Below are positions 46,258 through 56,094 of a stretch of DNA of 64,000 nt, piece after piece (positions within the stretch are counted from its first letter, which is position 1; each line of letters opens with the position of its first letter). Below the pieces are notes generated by a model. It saw nothing but the letters and a program-made list of their open reading frames with translations, made no database searches and had not been told where the DNA came from. The DNA comes from an uncultured Candidatus Saccharibacteria bacterium (GTDB lineage: Bacteria > Patescibacteriota > Minisyncoccia > Phycocordibacterales > UBA9973): assembly GCA_964482735.1 (NCBI GenBank), contig CAYZYV010000001.1, forward strand, positions 80,172 through 144,171, in the 5' to 3' direction. The position numbers and the translations under genes were made by a program.

Positions 46258-46788
46258 CTAAAGGCTTTTGGAATCAGTATTTTTTCTTTGAGTAAATTTC
46301 TCATAAACCGTCTCATAAGAATACAATTCTGGTTCTGAAAACCAGTAATCAATCTCCTTTTCTGCGTCTTCTTGACTACCTGAAGCATGAATAATGTTGC
46401 ATATTCCAACTTTTTCACTATCTGCATAATCAAAACTAATGTGTGCATAATCTCCTCTGATAGTTCCAGGCAAAGAAGCCTTTGGCTCTGTGACCCCTAC
46501 CATCTTTCTAACCATAGCGACAGCCTCTATTCCTTCTATAACGAAAGCAATAACAGGACCTTCACACATCATTCTAACTGTCATATCAAAAGCTTCTTGA
46601 CCTCTTCTCGTTATCATCTTGCCTATTTCTTCATAATGATGATAATAATGCTTCTGACTAGGTTGCAACATTTTAGCTCCAACAATTTTAAAACCAGCTC
46701 TTTCGAAACGAGTTAAAATTTCTCCAACGATACCTCTCTGGACTGAATCTGGTTTAAACACAATCAAAGTTCTCTCTATTTTTGCCAT
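46258..46788 (-). CDS. ndk: Nucleoside diphosphate kinase
   Basis: ERTLIVFKPDSVQRGIVGEILTRFERAGFKIV and NIIHASGSQEDAEKEIDYWF, with the active-site His in NIIHAS. Start trimmed to MAKIERT. Confidence 0.85.
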   Translation of the reverse strand: MAKIERTLIVFKPDSVQRGIVGEILTRFERAGFKIVGAKMLQPSQKHYYHHYEEIGKMITRRGQEAFDMTVRMMCEGPVIAFVIEGIEAVAMVRKMVGVTEPKASLPGTIRGDYAHISFDYADSEKVGICNIIHASGSQEDAEKEIDYWFSEPELYSYETVYEKFTQRKNTDSKSL

Positions 46789-46857
46789 ATAAAAAATATA
46801 TTCATGATTAACTAAGTAATAAGTAAAAAATAGCACAAAAACCCCAAAAAACAAAAT

Positions 46858-49602
46858 TTAATTTCTGTATTTGTCGAGTATTTCATCCTCCACTTCTTCT
46901 CTTGGCCTTCCATATTTTAGATAGGATAATTCTTTAATTTTTTCTACTATATCCGGATTACCACTTTCAAGAAGTGTGTAGTGAGATCTCATACTAAATG
47001 GTCTTACGGGAACACCGTTAATTAGCATGCTCACATATGAACAGAAATTATCGAGTTTCATAATATCAGATGAAGTAAAATTTGGACTTAGTCGAGACTC
47101 TAGTACTTTTGCATCCTCCTGACTTATTCTATATACGATCATAGAACCGACGTTACCAAAAACAGCGTTCTTAATAGATTCTTCTAATTGTGCTACGTAT
47201 TGGTGAGCTACTGTTAGAGAAAGATGATATTTACGAGCTTCAGAAAGTATTGAGGCAATAGAATCAGTTGTTACGTTTTGGAATTCATCTATGTATAAAT
47301 AAAAATCATTCATTTTTTGACCATACATATCTACACGAGACATCGCTGCCATTTGAATTTTACCAACAAGCAATAACCCAATTAAGTTTGCGTTTATTTC
47401 TCCTAGTCGCCCCTTAGCCAAGTTGATTAACAATATCTTTTTATTGTCCATTATTTCTCTAAAATTAAATACAGACTTTTCTTGCAAAACCACAGGCCTC
47501 ATAATATCGTTCGATATAAAATTATCAAATTTTGAAGTAATATACGGAATAAAGTTGGCAATAGATTGATCTCCTGTTGTTTTCTCAGCATTAGTCCAAA
47601 ATTCTCTAATTATTGGATTTCGACATTTAGCTAGGAGTGAATCTCTGTATTCCTTATTACCCAAAACTCGAGTAATATCGAGAAGAGTAGCATGATTTTC
47701 TGGGTCATCCATCGCTAAGAAGGCGCTATTTTTGAAGTATTGTTCAAACATCGGGCCTCCCGTTGTCTTCATATCAAATAATTTATTAAATATACCCATT
47801 AGTTCATTGACCACAAAAGTTTTCTGTTCTGGATATTTAGGATCATATTCAAGCATGTTTAATCCCATAGGTCTCGCTGTATATGAAGGATCGAAATAGA
47901 TAACATCATCTATTCTTTCTTTTGGAATATGACTTAAGATATCTTGGACATCACTTCCATGTGGGTCGATAAAACAACAACCGTTACCGTTTTTGATATC
48001 CTGAATTATCATGTTCTTCAATATCGTTGTCTTACCTGTACCAGTTTGACCTATCACATAAAGGTGTCTTAGCCTATCCTCTGGGGTTATGAAGATTTTA
48101 GTATCCTTACCTCTGTATGAGTTTATTCCAAGCAACAAACCATCTTCCCCCATTTCAAGAGGAGCAGGGCCGTCACCAGCTTTTGATTGTTTTAATTGAG
48201 GGGACTTAATTCCATAAGGAAAGTGGAAGATTGTTGAAAGCTCTTTTAGGTTTAGTGGCATTGAATCATCTTCTGAATAACTTCGATAAGAATACAACCT
48301 GATTAGATTTGCTAAAGAAGATCCTTTGGTTCTTTCAAATTTAAAACCATTTTTATTGGCTTCGCTAAATTGATTAAACGAAGACTCTAGCTCAGACATT
48401 AGCTGATTTGCCCGATCTTCATTTTCAGCTGAAACAACAACCCTGATATTAACCCCCATTACCATACCTTTTGTTTTTTCTTCTATCGATTCGAGGGCTT
48501 TTTCGTCTATTTTTTTATCTTCTTTTTTATCCTTTTCTTCTGTTGAACTAGAAAATAAACCTTTCACAAAAGAACCCATTTCTTTTCTTAAGGTATACCC
48601 AAATGAAGCAGTTGCATCTTTTACAGAAACACCTTTTTTGACTTCTTCTTTGATGCTATTAAACCTCTTTATCGTAGAATCATCTTTCGGACAAATTAAA
48701 AATTGAATTGAGGCTCCCTCACCTTTTCTTTTTAATTTTGAGAAAATATTTAAGATTATATTTAAAGGATCATATTCTAAGAAGTCGTAAGTTTTTATAG
48801 GAAAGACTTCGTAGGATGAGAGCTTGGCTTTAGAAGCTTCAATATGACCATTCTCTGTAAAGATGTTATAGTCATCTGGAACTTCTATAATTTTCGCATC
48901 TAAATGAACCCCTAAAAGTTGTTTTTCAAAAAGATCTGCTTTCTTGGAAGGAACTGCAACATAAATAACAAAATTCTCTGAATTTTCAGGCTGTGCTATT
49001 TCTATCGTAAAATGCCTTTCTTCCTTGTTGTCTCTGTCATCACCGACAGATTGCATCCCAGCATAAAATTGTTCCATGGCCCCCAATAACTCTTTTAAGG
49101 ACTTTTTATTACCTTCCTTATCTTCCATTTCTGGTAATGAGACTTCAAACAATTTCATGTCTAGAGTTTTAAATAGCGGAGTCCCTTCTTTCAAACCGGG
49201 TATATTACTTGTTGTAGCTAGATACTGAACTAGGAAACGATGAAAATCGTCATCCAAATGAGGGTTATTTAACTTCATCACCAAGGCTAAGGTATTAGAG
49301 ATACCCTTCTCAGTTAAAATTCCAAAAAGTTCTTCTATTTTTTTATCATGTTCTTCTGGGTGGAGTTTGAGAACCAATTTTTCTAGCTCTAGTTCTTTAA
49401 TAACAACTTTTTTTTCTAGCACTTCTTTCGGTTCATATTTTTTATATTCGGAAACGACTTGTTCTGCCAAAGATTCTTTATTGGTTTTTTCTCCAGCCTC
49501 TCTCAATACTTTTTCTCTCTCTGCAATGTGTGCTCGCAAAAAAGCAAGCTCTTCTTCCGGGCTTTTAAATTTCGGCGCATTGTTTAAATTTAATCCTTCC
49601 AT
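46858..49602 (-). CDS. Large AAA-like ATPase of the VirB4/TraG/HerA (DUF87-type) class with a ~450-aa unique N-terminal region
   Basis: C-terminal half has Walker A VIGQTGTGKTT, Walker B LYIDEFQNV and a conserved VAHQ. Spacing and context resemble type IV secretion / conjugation ATPases. The N-terminal half has no recognisable motif. Confidence 0.55.
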   Translation of the reverse strand: MEGLNLNNAPKFKSPEEELAFLRAHIAEREKVLREAGEKTNKESLAEQVVSEYKKYEPKEVLEKKVVIKELELEKLVLKLHPEEHDKKIEELFGILTEKGISNTLALVMKLNNPHLDDDFHRFLVQYLATTSNIPGLKEGTPLFKTLDMKLFEVSLPEMEDKEGNKKSLKELLGAMEQFYAGMQSVGDDRDNKEERHFTIEIAQPENSENFVIYVAVPSKKADLFEKQLLGVHLDAKIIEVPDDYNIFTENGHIEASKAKLSSYEVFPIKTYDFLEYDPLNIILNIFSKLKRKGEGASIQFLICPKDDSTIKRFNSIKEEVKKGVSVKDATASFGYTLRKEMGSFVKGLFSSSTEEKDKKEDKKIDEKALESIEEKTKGMVMGVNIRVVVSAENEDRANQLMSELESSFNQFSEANKNGFKFERTKGSSLANLIRLYSYRSYSEDDSMPLNLKELSTIFHFPYGIKSPQLKQSKAGDGPAPLEMGEDGLLLGINSYRGKDTKIFITPEDRLRHLYVIGQTGTGKTTILKNMIIQDIKNGNGCCFIDPHGSDVQDILSHIPKERIDDVIYFDPSYTARPMGLNMLEYDPKYPEQKTFVVNELMGIFNKLFDMKTTGGPMFEQYFKNSAFLAMDDPENHATLLDITRVLGNKEYRDSLLAKCRNPIIREFWTNAEKTTGDQSIANFIPYITSKFDNFISNDIMRPVVLQEKSVFNFREIMDNKKILLINLAKGRLGEINANLIGLLLVGKIQMAAMSRVDMYGQKMNDFYLYIDEFQNVTTDSIASILSEARKYHLSLTVAHQYVAQLEESIKNAVFGNVGSMIVYRISQEDAKVLESRLSPNFTSSDIMKLDNFCSYVSMLINGVPVRPFSMRSHYTLLESGNPDIVEKIKELSYLKYGRPREEVEDEILDKYRN

Positions 49603-49889
49603 CCTGTAGTGAATTTTTTAATTAAATAATAATTATATTATTTGTATTATACCATTATTACTAATTTAAAAATACCTCTTTGAAACGCTCCTCTGGGAGT
49701 CGTTTCTAAGAGGATGTAATAAATGAATAAATGTAAAATTCTAGGCTTACCCCTATACCTATATTTTTATTATTCTGTTTACAGAATATAATCACATAAC
49801 TCCAACTTATTTTAAACATATAGTTTTATATCTTATTCCAACATGTTTTTAAAAACTATAAAAATATAGGTGTGTGGGCGAGGACACCA

Positions 49890-50696
49890 CTAACGAACAC
49901 ACCTAACATAGTTCCCGATACCCTGACTGCGGTCGCTCAAGCCACCACTGACCATGCTCTGGTAGTAAGCGAGCGAGAGAGGCGAAGACGGGACGGGGGT
50001 AGAAGACCAATAGTAGCTCGCAACGAAACCTATTGGTGCCCATGGATCGGCATCTCCATCAGAAGAAGCTTTTGAATTCCATGCATGAGATAAAGTTCTT
50101 GCTTGTTCAATAGAGGGAAGTTTGCCTCCATTTTTAGCACAGGCATCTGCTGCAACATATACACCGCTTGTACTATCTTTCCATGCCATAGTTCGATCTG
50201 TAGTTCTGTTTGTTCCATCTATTTCTACTCCATGAGTATCCCATTTAACTACTCCATTTTCATCTACAGACCATGCTTTTAGTTCACCTGCGTCATATAT
50301 GAGTGCAGTGGCTCCGAAACGTTGATAGATATCGGAAGTGGAATTACTATAACTAAAACATTTAACAATGATTCCTTGGTCAATAAGAGGTTGAACAATT
50401 TTAGCTAAATTACCACTGGTAGAATCTCCAAAGCCTCCATCTTCCTTTAAACCTGTACATGTTAAATTTGCATATCCAACGTTAGACCCTTCAAAGCTAC
50501 CTTTTGTTAACTGATTTAACGCCGCTTGATTATATAGCTGTTTTAAAGTTGATTTAATAGTAGCAATCTTTCCTTTTTCTCTTGCAGAATTTAGCGAGGC
50601 GATAACTACAGCAGAAAGAATTCCGATAATAGCGATGACCACTAGTAACTCAATCAACGTAAATGCTTTGTTGGATTTTAGAGATTCTTTTTTCAC
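49890..50696 (-). CDS. Type IV pilin-like N-terminus fused to a DUF1566 (Lcl C-terminal-like) domain
   Basis: N-terminal KAFTLIELLVVIAIIGILSAVVIASLNSAREKGK prepilin motif. C-terminal WSSTP...YVRCVR is the DUF1566 ending. The 3'-terminal 150 bp are strikingly GC-rich. Confidence 0.6.
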   Translation of the reverse strand: MKKESLKSNKAFTLIELLVVIAIIGILSAVVIASLNSAREKGKIATIKSTLKQLYNQAALNQLTKGSFEGSNVGYANLTCTGLKEDGGFGDSTSGNLAKIVQPLIDQGIIVKCFSYSNSTSDIYQRFGATALIYDAGELKAWSVDENGVVKWDTHGVEIDGTNRTTDRTMAWKDSTSGVYVAADACAKNGGKLPSIEQARTLSHAWNSKASSDGDADPWAPIGFVASYYWSSTPVPSSPLSLAYYQSMVSGGLSDRSQGIGNYVRCVR

Positions 50697-50874
50697 TTTT
50701 TTATTATACCACAGTAGCTCTAAAACTAAACACTTTTCCCCTAGGTCGGACCTAGGGGAATACCACAGTTTTGTCTAGAAATCTCCTTTGGTGTTCCTCA
50801 AAGGAGATTCTCATCCAAAACTGTTTGGTTACCCACTTAAACCTATAAGCTTAAAGACAACTCTTGGCTTTACC

Positions 50875-50910
50875 TCTCTACACTTTTACACAGGTGTGTG
50901 AAAGTGTAGA
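50875..50910. promoter_or_regulatory. 36-bp near-palindrome CTCTACACTTTTACACAGGTGTGTGAAAGTGTAGAG, between the wHTH gene and the pilin-DUF1566 gene
   Basis: Near-perfect dyad. A related copy (CACTTTTACACACCTGTGTGAAAATGTGAG) lies upstream of the wHTH gene at 51447-51476. Confidence 0.5.
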
Positions 50911-50915
50911 GAAGC

Positions 50916-51395
50916 TTAATAATTATTACTCGTTTTGAATATTTTAATGCAATCTTTAATCTTTATTTTTTTTAATCTACACAAGAATTCTTCTGGCAAT
51001 GGTCCAGGGCCCAACCAAAGACTTTGTTGCATCATCTCATATCCAAATATTTTCAACTGGCTCCTTAACCAATCTCTTGTTTTTCTCTGTGGACCGGGAA
51101 TATCAAAAGATATAATTGTGTTTTTGCGACTGTTCTTATTAAAAGGAGATACTATATAAGAAAACAGGTCATTACGAAGAGATTTTTTTATACCCTTTTT
51201 TGTTAATATAATTAAGTCTTCTTTTTTCTTTATATACCCATTATTTTTTAATCGATAAATAGCCATCCTTGATGATTGATTTTTATATCTTTCTTTTTCT
51301 AATCTGTTCATTATTTCTCTGAATCTTTTGGCGTTTTTACCACTAGATAACATAGCAATGATAAAATCAGAAATACTATTGTTAATTATGGGCAT
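50916..51395 (-). CDS. Winged-helix DNA-binding protein with C-terminal Cas2/VapD-like motif (paralog B)
   Basis: Clear paralog of 35495-35992. Shared blocks are ISFDI..R..R.WLR.QLKIFGY.M.QQSLW.GPGPLP.EFL and IKIF. Confidence 0.5.
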   Translation of the reverse strand: MPIINNSISDFIIAMLSSGKNAKRFREIMNRLEKERYKNQSSRMAIYRLKNNGYIKKKEDLIILTKKGIKKSLRNDLFSYIVSPFNKNSRKNTIISFDIPGPQRKTRDWLRSQLKIFGYEMMQQSLWLGPGPLPEEFLCRLKKIKIKDCIKIFKTSNNY

Positions 51396-51446
51396 AATCT
51401 ATAATTTGAATAGTTGATAAATTATCAAACCTTTTTCTAGTATTAT

Positions 51447-51476
51447 ACACTTTTACACACCTGTGTGAAAATGTGA
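51447..51476. promoter_or_regulatory. Upstream copy of the ACTTTTACACA..TGTGTGAAA dyad (putative operator of paralog B)
   Basis: Direct repeat of the site at 50875-50910, centred about 60 bp upstream of the paralog B start. Confidence 0.45.
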
Positions 51477-51478
51477 GA

Positions 51479-52243
51479 TTATTTAGTTAAAATTTCTGGT
51501 TTGTTCTTTGTTATTAAAATAGAGTGTTCAAAGTGAGCAGAGTTTTTACCGTCCCGGGTTCTGATTGTCCAATCGTCATCATCTACCTCTATTTGATGCG
51601 TCCCGAGACAAAGCATTGGTTCGATAGCTATTATCATACCTGGCACAAGTTTAGCTCCCTGCCCTTTCTTACCATAATTTGGAACATAAGGATCTTCGTG
51701 AATTTCCTTACCCACACCATGACCAGCTAAATCTCGAACTATCCCATATTTATTGTTCACAAAAGATTCTATAGCATACCCTATATCCCCTATTGTATTT
51801 CCCCCCACAGCGGCTCTAATTCCAACTTCTAGAGCCTTCTTGGTATCCTCTATTAATTTTTTATTTGAATCAGAAATTCTCCCTACAGCTACGGTCATCG
51901 CGTGGTCGGTAAATAGTCCCTTGTATTTCAAACCAATATCTATTGAAACAATATCTCCTTCTTTTAAGATTTTATTTTTACTTGGGATTCCATGAACAAT
52001 TTCATCATTAACTGATACACAAGCAGATGCGGGGAATGGTGTTCTCATTCCTTGCGGTCGATAATTAAGAAAGGCTGGAATGCCACCATATTCTTTAATC
52101 AAATCATAAACATATTTATCAATTTCCAATGTCGAAATACCAGGCTTAACCATCTTTGCAGTTTTAGATAAAACTTTGGCTATTATTTTGCCTCCTTCTC
52201 TTATCTTTTTTATTTCCTCTTTATTTTTAATTATTATATTCAT
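51479..52243 (-). CDS. map: Methionine aminopeptidase type I
   Basis: 254 aa, pita-bread fold metal ligands (D..D..H..E..E). HGVGKEIHEDP motif. Confidence 0.9.
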   Translation of the reverse strand: MNIIIKNKEEIKKIREGGKIIAKVLSKTAKMVKPGISTLEIDKYVYDLIKEYGGIPAFLNYRPQGMRTPFPASACVSVNDEIVHGIPSKNKILKEGDIVSIDIGLKYKGLFTDHAMTVAVGRISDSNKKLIEDTKKALEVGIRAAVGGNTIGDIGYAIESFVNNKYGIVRDLAGHGVGKEIHEDPYVPNYGKKGQGAKLVPGMIIAIEPMLCLGTHQIEVDDDDWTIRTRDGKNSAHFEHSILITKNKPEILTK

Positions 52244-52361
52244 GCTTAATTTTAGTGAAACTTATTTATTTGTATTTTTAACCTATCTTGATAACACAAC
52301 TTCTCGCCCTGTAGTAAGCTTTGCTTCACTACGGAGTTATTATATTCATTCTATCTTTGAT

Positions 52362-53048
52362 CTATTTTATTATTGTTCCTTTAAAAGTTTTACCTTCTAG
52401 ACAATTTCCCAGGTTCTCCAAGTCTCGTCCATTTAAAATTACAACTTCTTGTTCATTATTTTTTGCTTCACAAGAAGCTATAGGATCAAAAGGTCTATTT
52501 GATCCTGGGATCCAATTGTTATCAGGGAAAAGCAAAAGAAAATCTAACCATGATATGTTCTCAATTGGTTTTGCATTAGGATTTTTATTAGGATCACTAT
52601 CATAGACAAAATCTATATTTGTTAGATTAATAACTCTTTTTGCTCCAAGGCTTTTTGCAGCATGGACGGCAGCCAGGTCACTACTATTGCCAGGTTTCCA
52701 CCCACCTCCGACCAACACAGGCTTTTTTGTCTCAGGTATAGAATCAGGGTCTAGTATAACCTTTTCATAAGCTAAATCCCCTAAACAAATTTTTACAAAT
52801 TCTGCATTAGCCCTAGTTATAGAGATACCAAGCCAGTCAATCTCAGTATTATTAGGACTAATTATTTCTTTTAAGGCATCACCATAAGTTCTTGCTAGCT
52901 TTCCTCCCCCTGTAATCAGCATAAAAGTATACCCTTTCTCTACATACTCCTTAATAAAAGAAACAAAAGTTTTAACAAAATTTGTGTCTATACCATCTGG
53001 CACAATCAATGATCCACCAAGAGACATTACAATTTTTTTGTTTTCCAT
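52362..53048 (-). CDS. pyrH: UMP kinase, archaeal-type (amino-acid-kinase family)
   Basis: VMSLGGSLIVPDGID...FMLITGGGKLARTY...GISITRANA closely parallels archaeal-type PyrH (GGSVL..VVGGGKLAR..GIQITRANA). Confidence 0.65.
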   Translation of the reverse strand: MENKKIVMSLGGSLIVPDGIDTNFVKTFVSFIKEYVEKGYTFMLITGGGKLARTYGDALKEIISPNNTEIDWLGISITRANAEFVKICLGDLAYEKVILDPDSIPETKKPVLVGGGWKPGNSSDLAAVHAAKSLGAKRVINLTNIDFVYDSDPNKNPNAKPIENISWLDFLLLFPDNNWIPGSNRPFDPIASCEAKNNEQEVVILNGRDLENLGNCLEGKTFKGTIIK

Positions 53049-53053
53049 AGTAT

Positions 53054-53653
53054 TTATTTTAAACCTAAAGCTACTAATATATTCTTATGAATATCTTCGA
53101 CTGTACCCTCTCCATCTATTTCAATATAATTAAAATAATCGTCGCTTTTAGCTTTTTCTATCATTGGAAAAACGAATTTATCATATTCATCTAGTCTGTT
53201 TTCTATCGCTTCATTATGATCATCTCCTCTACCTCGAAGAAGCATTCTATCTTTAACGCTCTGCCTAGAAACTTCAAGATTAATAAAAATAGGTTTTTCT
53301 CTTCCTAGGTATTCAAGTAATTCTTTTAGTAGTTCAAGCTGATGAGAGTTTCTTGGATATCCATCAAAAAACATTACTGACTCCTTATCTACGTTTTTAA
53401 TTACATTTGATACAAAAAGAGCATCGGTCAAAAAATCTGGTTGGAATTTACCCTGTCGAACGCTCAAGTCTTTCGCAACTTCTTGAATATAACCATCTTC
53501 ACCAAAAAAGCTTCTGAAAATATCGCCCATAACGATAGATTTTATTAATAAACCTTTCTCTTCAATAATAAATTGTTTTAATAAGTCTATTTGAGTTCCT
53601 TTGCCTGATCCTGAGCGACCGACAAAAATTATTGTTTTTGTATCACTGTTCAT
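53054..53653 (-). CDS. adk: Adenylate kinase (short form, no Zn lid)
   Basis: P-loop GRSGSGKGTQ. Usual secY-adk-map neighbourhood. Start trimmed to MNSDTKTIIF. Confidence 0.75.
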   Translation of the reverse strand: MNSDTKTIIFVGRSGSGKGTQIDLLKQFIIEEKGLLIKSIVMGDIFRSFFGEDGYIQEVAKDLSVRQGKFQPDFLTDALFVSNVIKNVDKESVMFFDGYPRNSHQLELLKELLEYLGREKPIFINLEVSRQSVKDRMLLRGRGDDHNEAIENRLDEYDKFVFPMIEKAKSDDYFNYIEIDGEGTVEDIHKNILVALGLK

Positions 53654-53713
53654 ATTTATGATTATATCATAAAAAACAAAAAGACCCCGACTCAAAGCCG
53701 GGGTCTTTTTGTT

Positions 53714-54988
53714 TTAATATTCTCTCATTGAAAGCTGAGCATCCGTTTTCTTTATAAGGTCTAGAACAACAGAAACTGCAATCAAAAGTGAGGTTCCTCC
53801 AATAGCGAATGAGTCGATACCAGTAGCTGATTTAATAACTAGAGGTAACACCGCTATGACTCCTAGGAACACCGCACCTATCATTGTCACTCTTCCTAAA
53901 ATCTTTGAAATATATTCTACGGTTGATGGTCCTGGTCTAATTCCTGGAACAAAGGCACCATTCTTCTGTAAATTAGTTGCTACTTGTTGTGGGTCAAATG
54001 TTACAGCGGTATAGAAGTAAGTAAACAAGAAGACAAATATGAAGTAACACAAAGAATATATCCACGTACTATTAACAAACCATAGTAATCCTTTTGAGAT
54101 TGCCAAGAGAGTTCCATTAGCCGAAGTCGCTAAGAAGTTTCCAATCATTTGTGGGAACATCAGTATCGACAAAGCGAAGATGATAGGAATAACACCAGCT
54201 TGGTTTACTCTTAGAGGAAGATAAGTCTGAGCTCCTCCTGAAGATGATCCATCTCCTCTTATCTGTCTAGCATAAGTTACAGGTATTGGTCTCTCTGCTT
54301 CTGAAACCATCACAACACCAGCTATGATTAACAAGCTTAATGCACCAAGCAAAAGGTACATTGGTATATCTGCGACGTTAAACGTAAAGAAGAACTGAGA
54401 AACACCTTTTGGAATACGAGAAACTATTCCGGCAAAGATTATCAAAGAAACTCCATTTCCAATTCCAAATTCAGTAACGAGTTCACCTATCCACATGATA
54501 AGCATAGAACCAGCAACAATAACTGAAAGGTTCGCAATCATTTGGAATAGTGATAGCTGACCGATGATTCCTTGTTTTTGTAAAAGAATTACAAGTGCTA
54601 ATCCTTGAACAAGTGCAAGCGGAACTGTAATGTTTCTACTTAATTGTGTAAACTTTCGACGACCAATTTCTCCGTCTTCTTGGTACATCGCCTTTAGACG
54701 AGGAGACATCATAGTCAAAAGTTGCATGATAATCGATGATGTAATGTATGGACTAACTCCCAACATTATTATTGATAAGTTAGAAAGTCCTCCTCCTGAA
54801 AAGATGTTTAGAACACCTACAAACTGGTTATTCGTTAAGAAAGCTTGAAGTTTAGTCGTGTCTACACCTGGAATCGGAATAGCTGATAGAAGTCTAAACA
54901 CCACAAGAGCTCCGAGAACAAATAAGATTCTGTTTCTCAAAACCTTGTCACTAAACATCATTTTAATTTTTATCCAGATGTTTTCCAT
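53714..54988 (-). CDS. secY: Preprotein translocase subunit SecY
   Basis: 424 aa, 10 TM segments, conserved LGVSPYITSSIIMQLL plug/TM2 region. Confidence 0.9.
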   Translation of the reverse strand: MENIWIKIKMMFSDKVLRNRILFVLGALVVFRLLSAIPIPGVDTTKLQAFLTNNQFVGVLNIFSGGGLSNLSIIMLGVSPYITSSIIMQLLTMMSPRLKAMYQEDGEIGRRKFTQLSRNITVPLALVQGLALVILLQKQGIIGQLSLFQMIANLSVIVAGSMLIMWIGELVTEFGIGNGVSLIIFAGIVSRIPKGVSQFFFTFNVADIPMYLLLGALSLLIIAGVVMVSEAERPIPVTYARQIRGDGSSSGGAQTYLPLRVNQAGVIPIIFALSILMFPQMIGNFLATSANGTLLAISKGLLWFVNSTWIYSLCYFIFVFLFTYFYTAVTFDPQQVATNLQKNGAFVPGIRPGPSTVEYISKILGRVTMIGAVFLGVIAVLPLVIKSATGIDSFAIGGTSLLIAVSVVLDLIKKTDAQLSMREY

Positions 54989-54989
54989 G

Positions 54990-55418
54990 TTATTTTATTT
55001 CGCCTCCGAGTTTTTCAATTTGTTCTTTAGCTTTTTCGGAAACAAGACAACCTACGATAGTAATTTTCTTGGTTAGTTCTCCCTTCGCTAAAATTTTAAC
55101 TGAAGGTAAAACACCTCCGACTTTTCGAATTAAGTTCTTTTCAAACATTAATTCTTTTGTAACAGTTGATCCGTTTTCAAAAATTTCCAAGGCACCTAGA
55201 TTTACAGGGGCATTCTTTTTTTCAAAAGTTTTGGTTCTGTAACCTCTCATTTTTGGAAGTTTCTTTATAATATCTCTAAGTTCTGGACGTCTCTTATTAC
55301 CAGCTCGGGCTGTTTGCCCCTTTCCTCCTCTTCCAGAAGTTTTTCCTCTAGTACCTCCTCGGCCAACTTGTCTAGCTTTTTTATTAGGATTTTCCCTTTT
55401 TAAATTATGTAATTGCAT
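54990..55418 (-). CDS. rplO: 50S ribosomal protein L15
   Basis: KRENPNKKARQVGRGGTRGKTSGRGGKGQ matches L15. Start trimmed to the internal MQLHNLKR. No L30 gene between S5 and L15. Confidence 0.85.
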   Translation of the reverse strand: MQLHNLKRENPNKKARQVGRGGTRGKTSGRGGKGQTARAGNKRRPELRDIIKKLPKMRGYRTKTFEKKNAPVNLGALEIFENGSTVTKELMFEKNLIRKVGGVLPSVKILAKGELTKKITIVGCLVSEKAKEQIEKLGGEIK

Positions 55419-55422
55419 AAAA

Positions 55423-56043
55423 TTATTCTGATTTAGAATCCGAAACGGTAGCAGGTTCTTCTGGAGAAACAAAAGAAGCTGTTTTTACTATTGGATTCTT
55501 GTCCTTAAGTTGATAAAGAACCTCGTAAGTCACTCTGGCGTTGTTTAGTTTATTCTTACTACCAGAATGGATTTTACCAGTTACGTTTTTAATTCCAGCA
55601 AGCAAAAGCATATCACGAACAGTACTTCCAGCTACTAATCCTTTGTCATGATTTGGACGAAGAACAAGTTTAGAGCTAGCATATTTTCCACTTACTTCGT
55701 AAGGTAGAGACATGTCTTTTGTTATCTTTATCTTGAACATATTTTTCTTTGCTTGTCTTAGAGCTTTAGCTATTGCTGCAGCTGTATCTCCTCCTTTACC
55801 TGTACCTAAGCCAATCGAGCCTTTTTTATCTCCAATAGCTAGAGCTACTGCAAAAGTCATTCTGCGTCCTCCTGCTACAACACGAGTAACTCGACGGATA
55901 GAAACCATTTTTTGATCAAATTCTGGTTTTGGTCTTTCAAATGATGGTCTTGATCGTCTTTGATTGTCTTGTCCATCTTTTTTAACAAAAGATCTTCTTG
56001 GACCATTGGTTCTTGTATTTTGTTTTGGTTTTGATGTTTCCAT
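55423..56043 (-). CDS. rpsE: 30S ribosomal protein S5
   Basis: VTRVVAGGRRMTFAVALAIGDKKGSIGLGTGKG matches S5. Basic N-terminal extension. Confidence 0.9.
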   Translation of the reverse strand: METSKPKQNTRTNGPRRSFVKKDGQDNQRRSRPSFERPKPEFDQKMVSIRRVTRVVAGGRRMTFAVALAIGDKKGSIGLGTGKGGDTAAAIAKALRQAKKNMFKIKITKDMSLPYEVSGKYASSKLVLRPNHDKGLVAGSTVRDMLLLAGIKNVTGKIHSGSKNKLNNARVTYEVLYQLKDKNPIVKTASFVSPEEPATVSDSKSE

Positions 56044-56094
56044 AAAATTTTAATCAGTTATTTTTCAATTTAAGAAGATAACTGATGTTTATTG

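Noticed and set aside
46251-46448. 65-aa minus-strand ORF overlapping the ndk 3' end
   Set aside because: Out-of-frame overlap with the well-supported ndk gene. No motif.
35495-51395. CRISPR-Cas locus suggested by the Cas2-like motif
   Set aside because: No array of regularly spaced direct repeats and no cas1 or effector genes anywhere in the window. The similarity is confined to one short motif fused to a wHTH.
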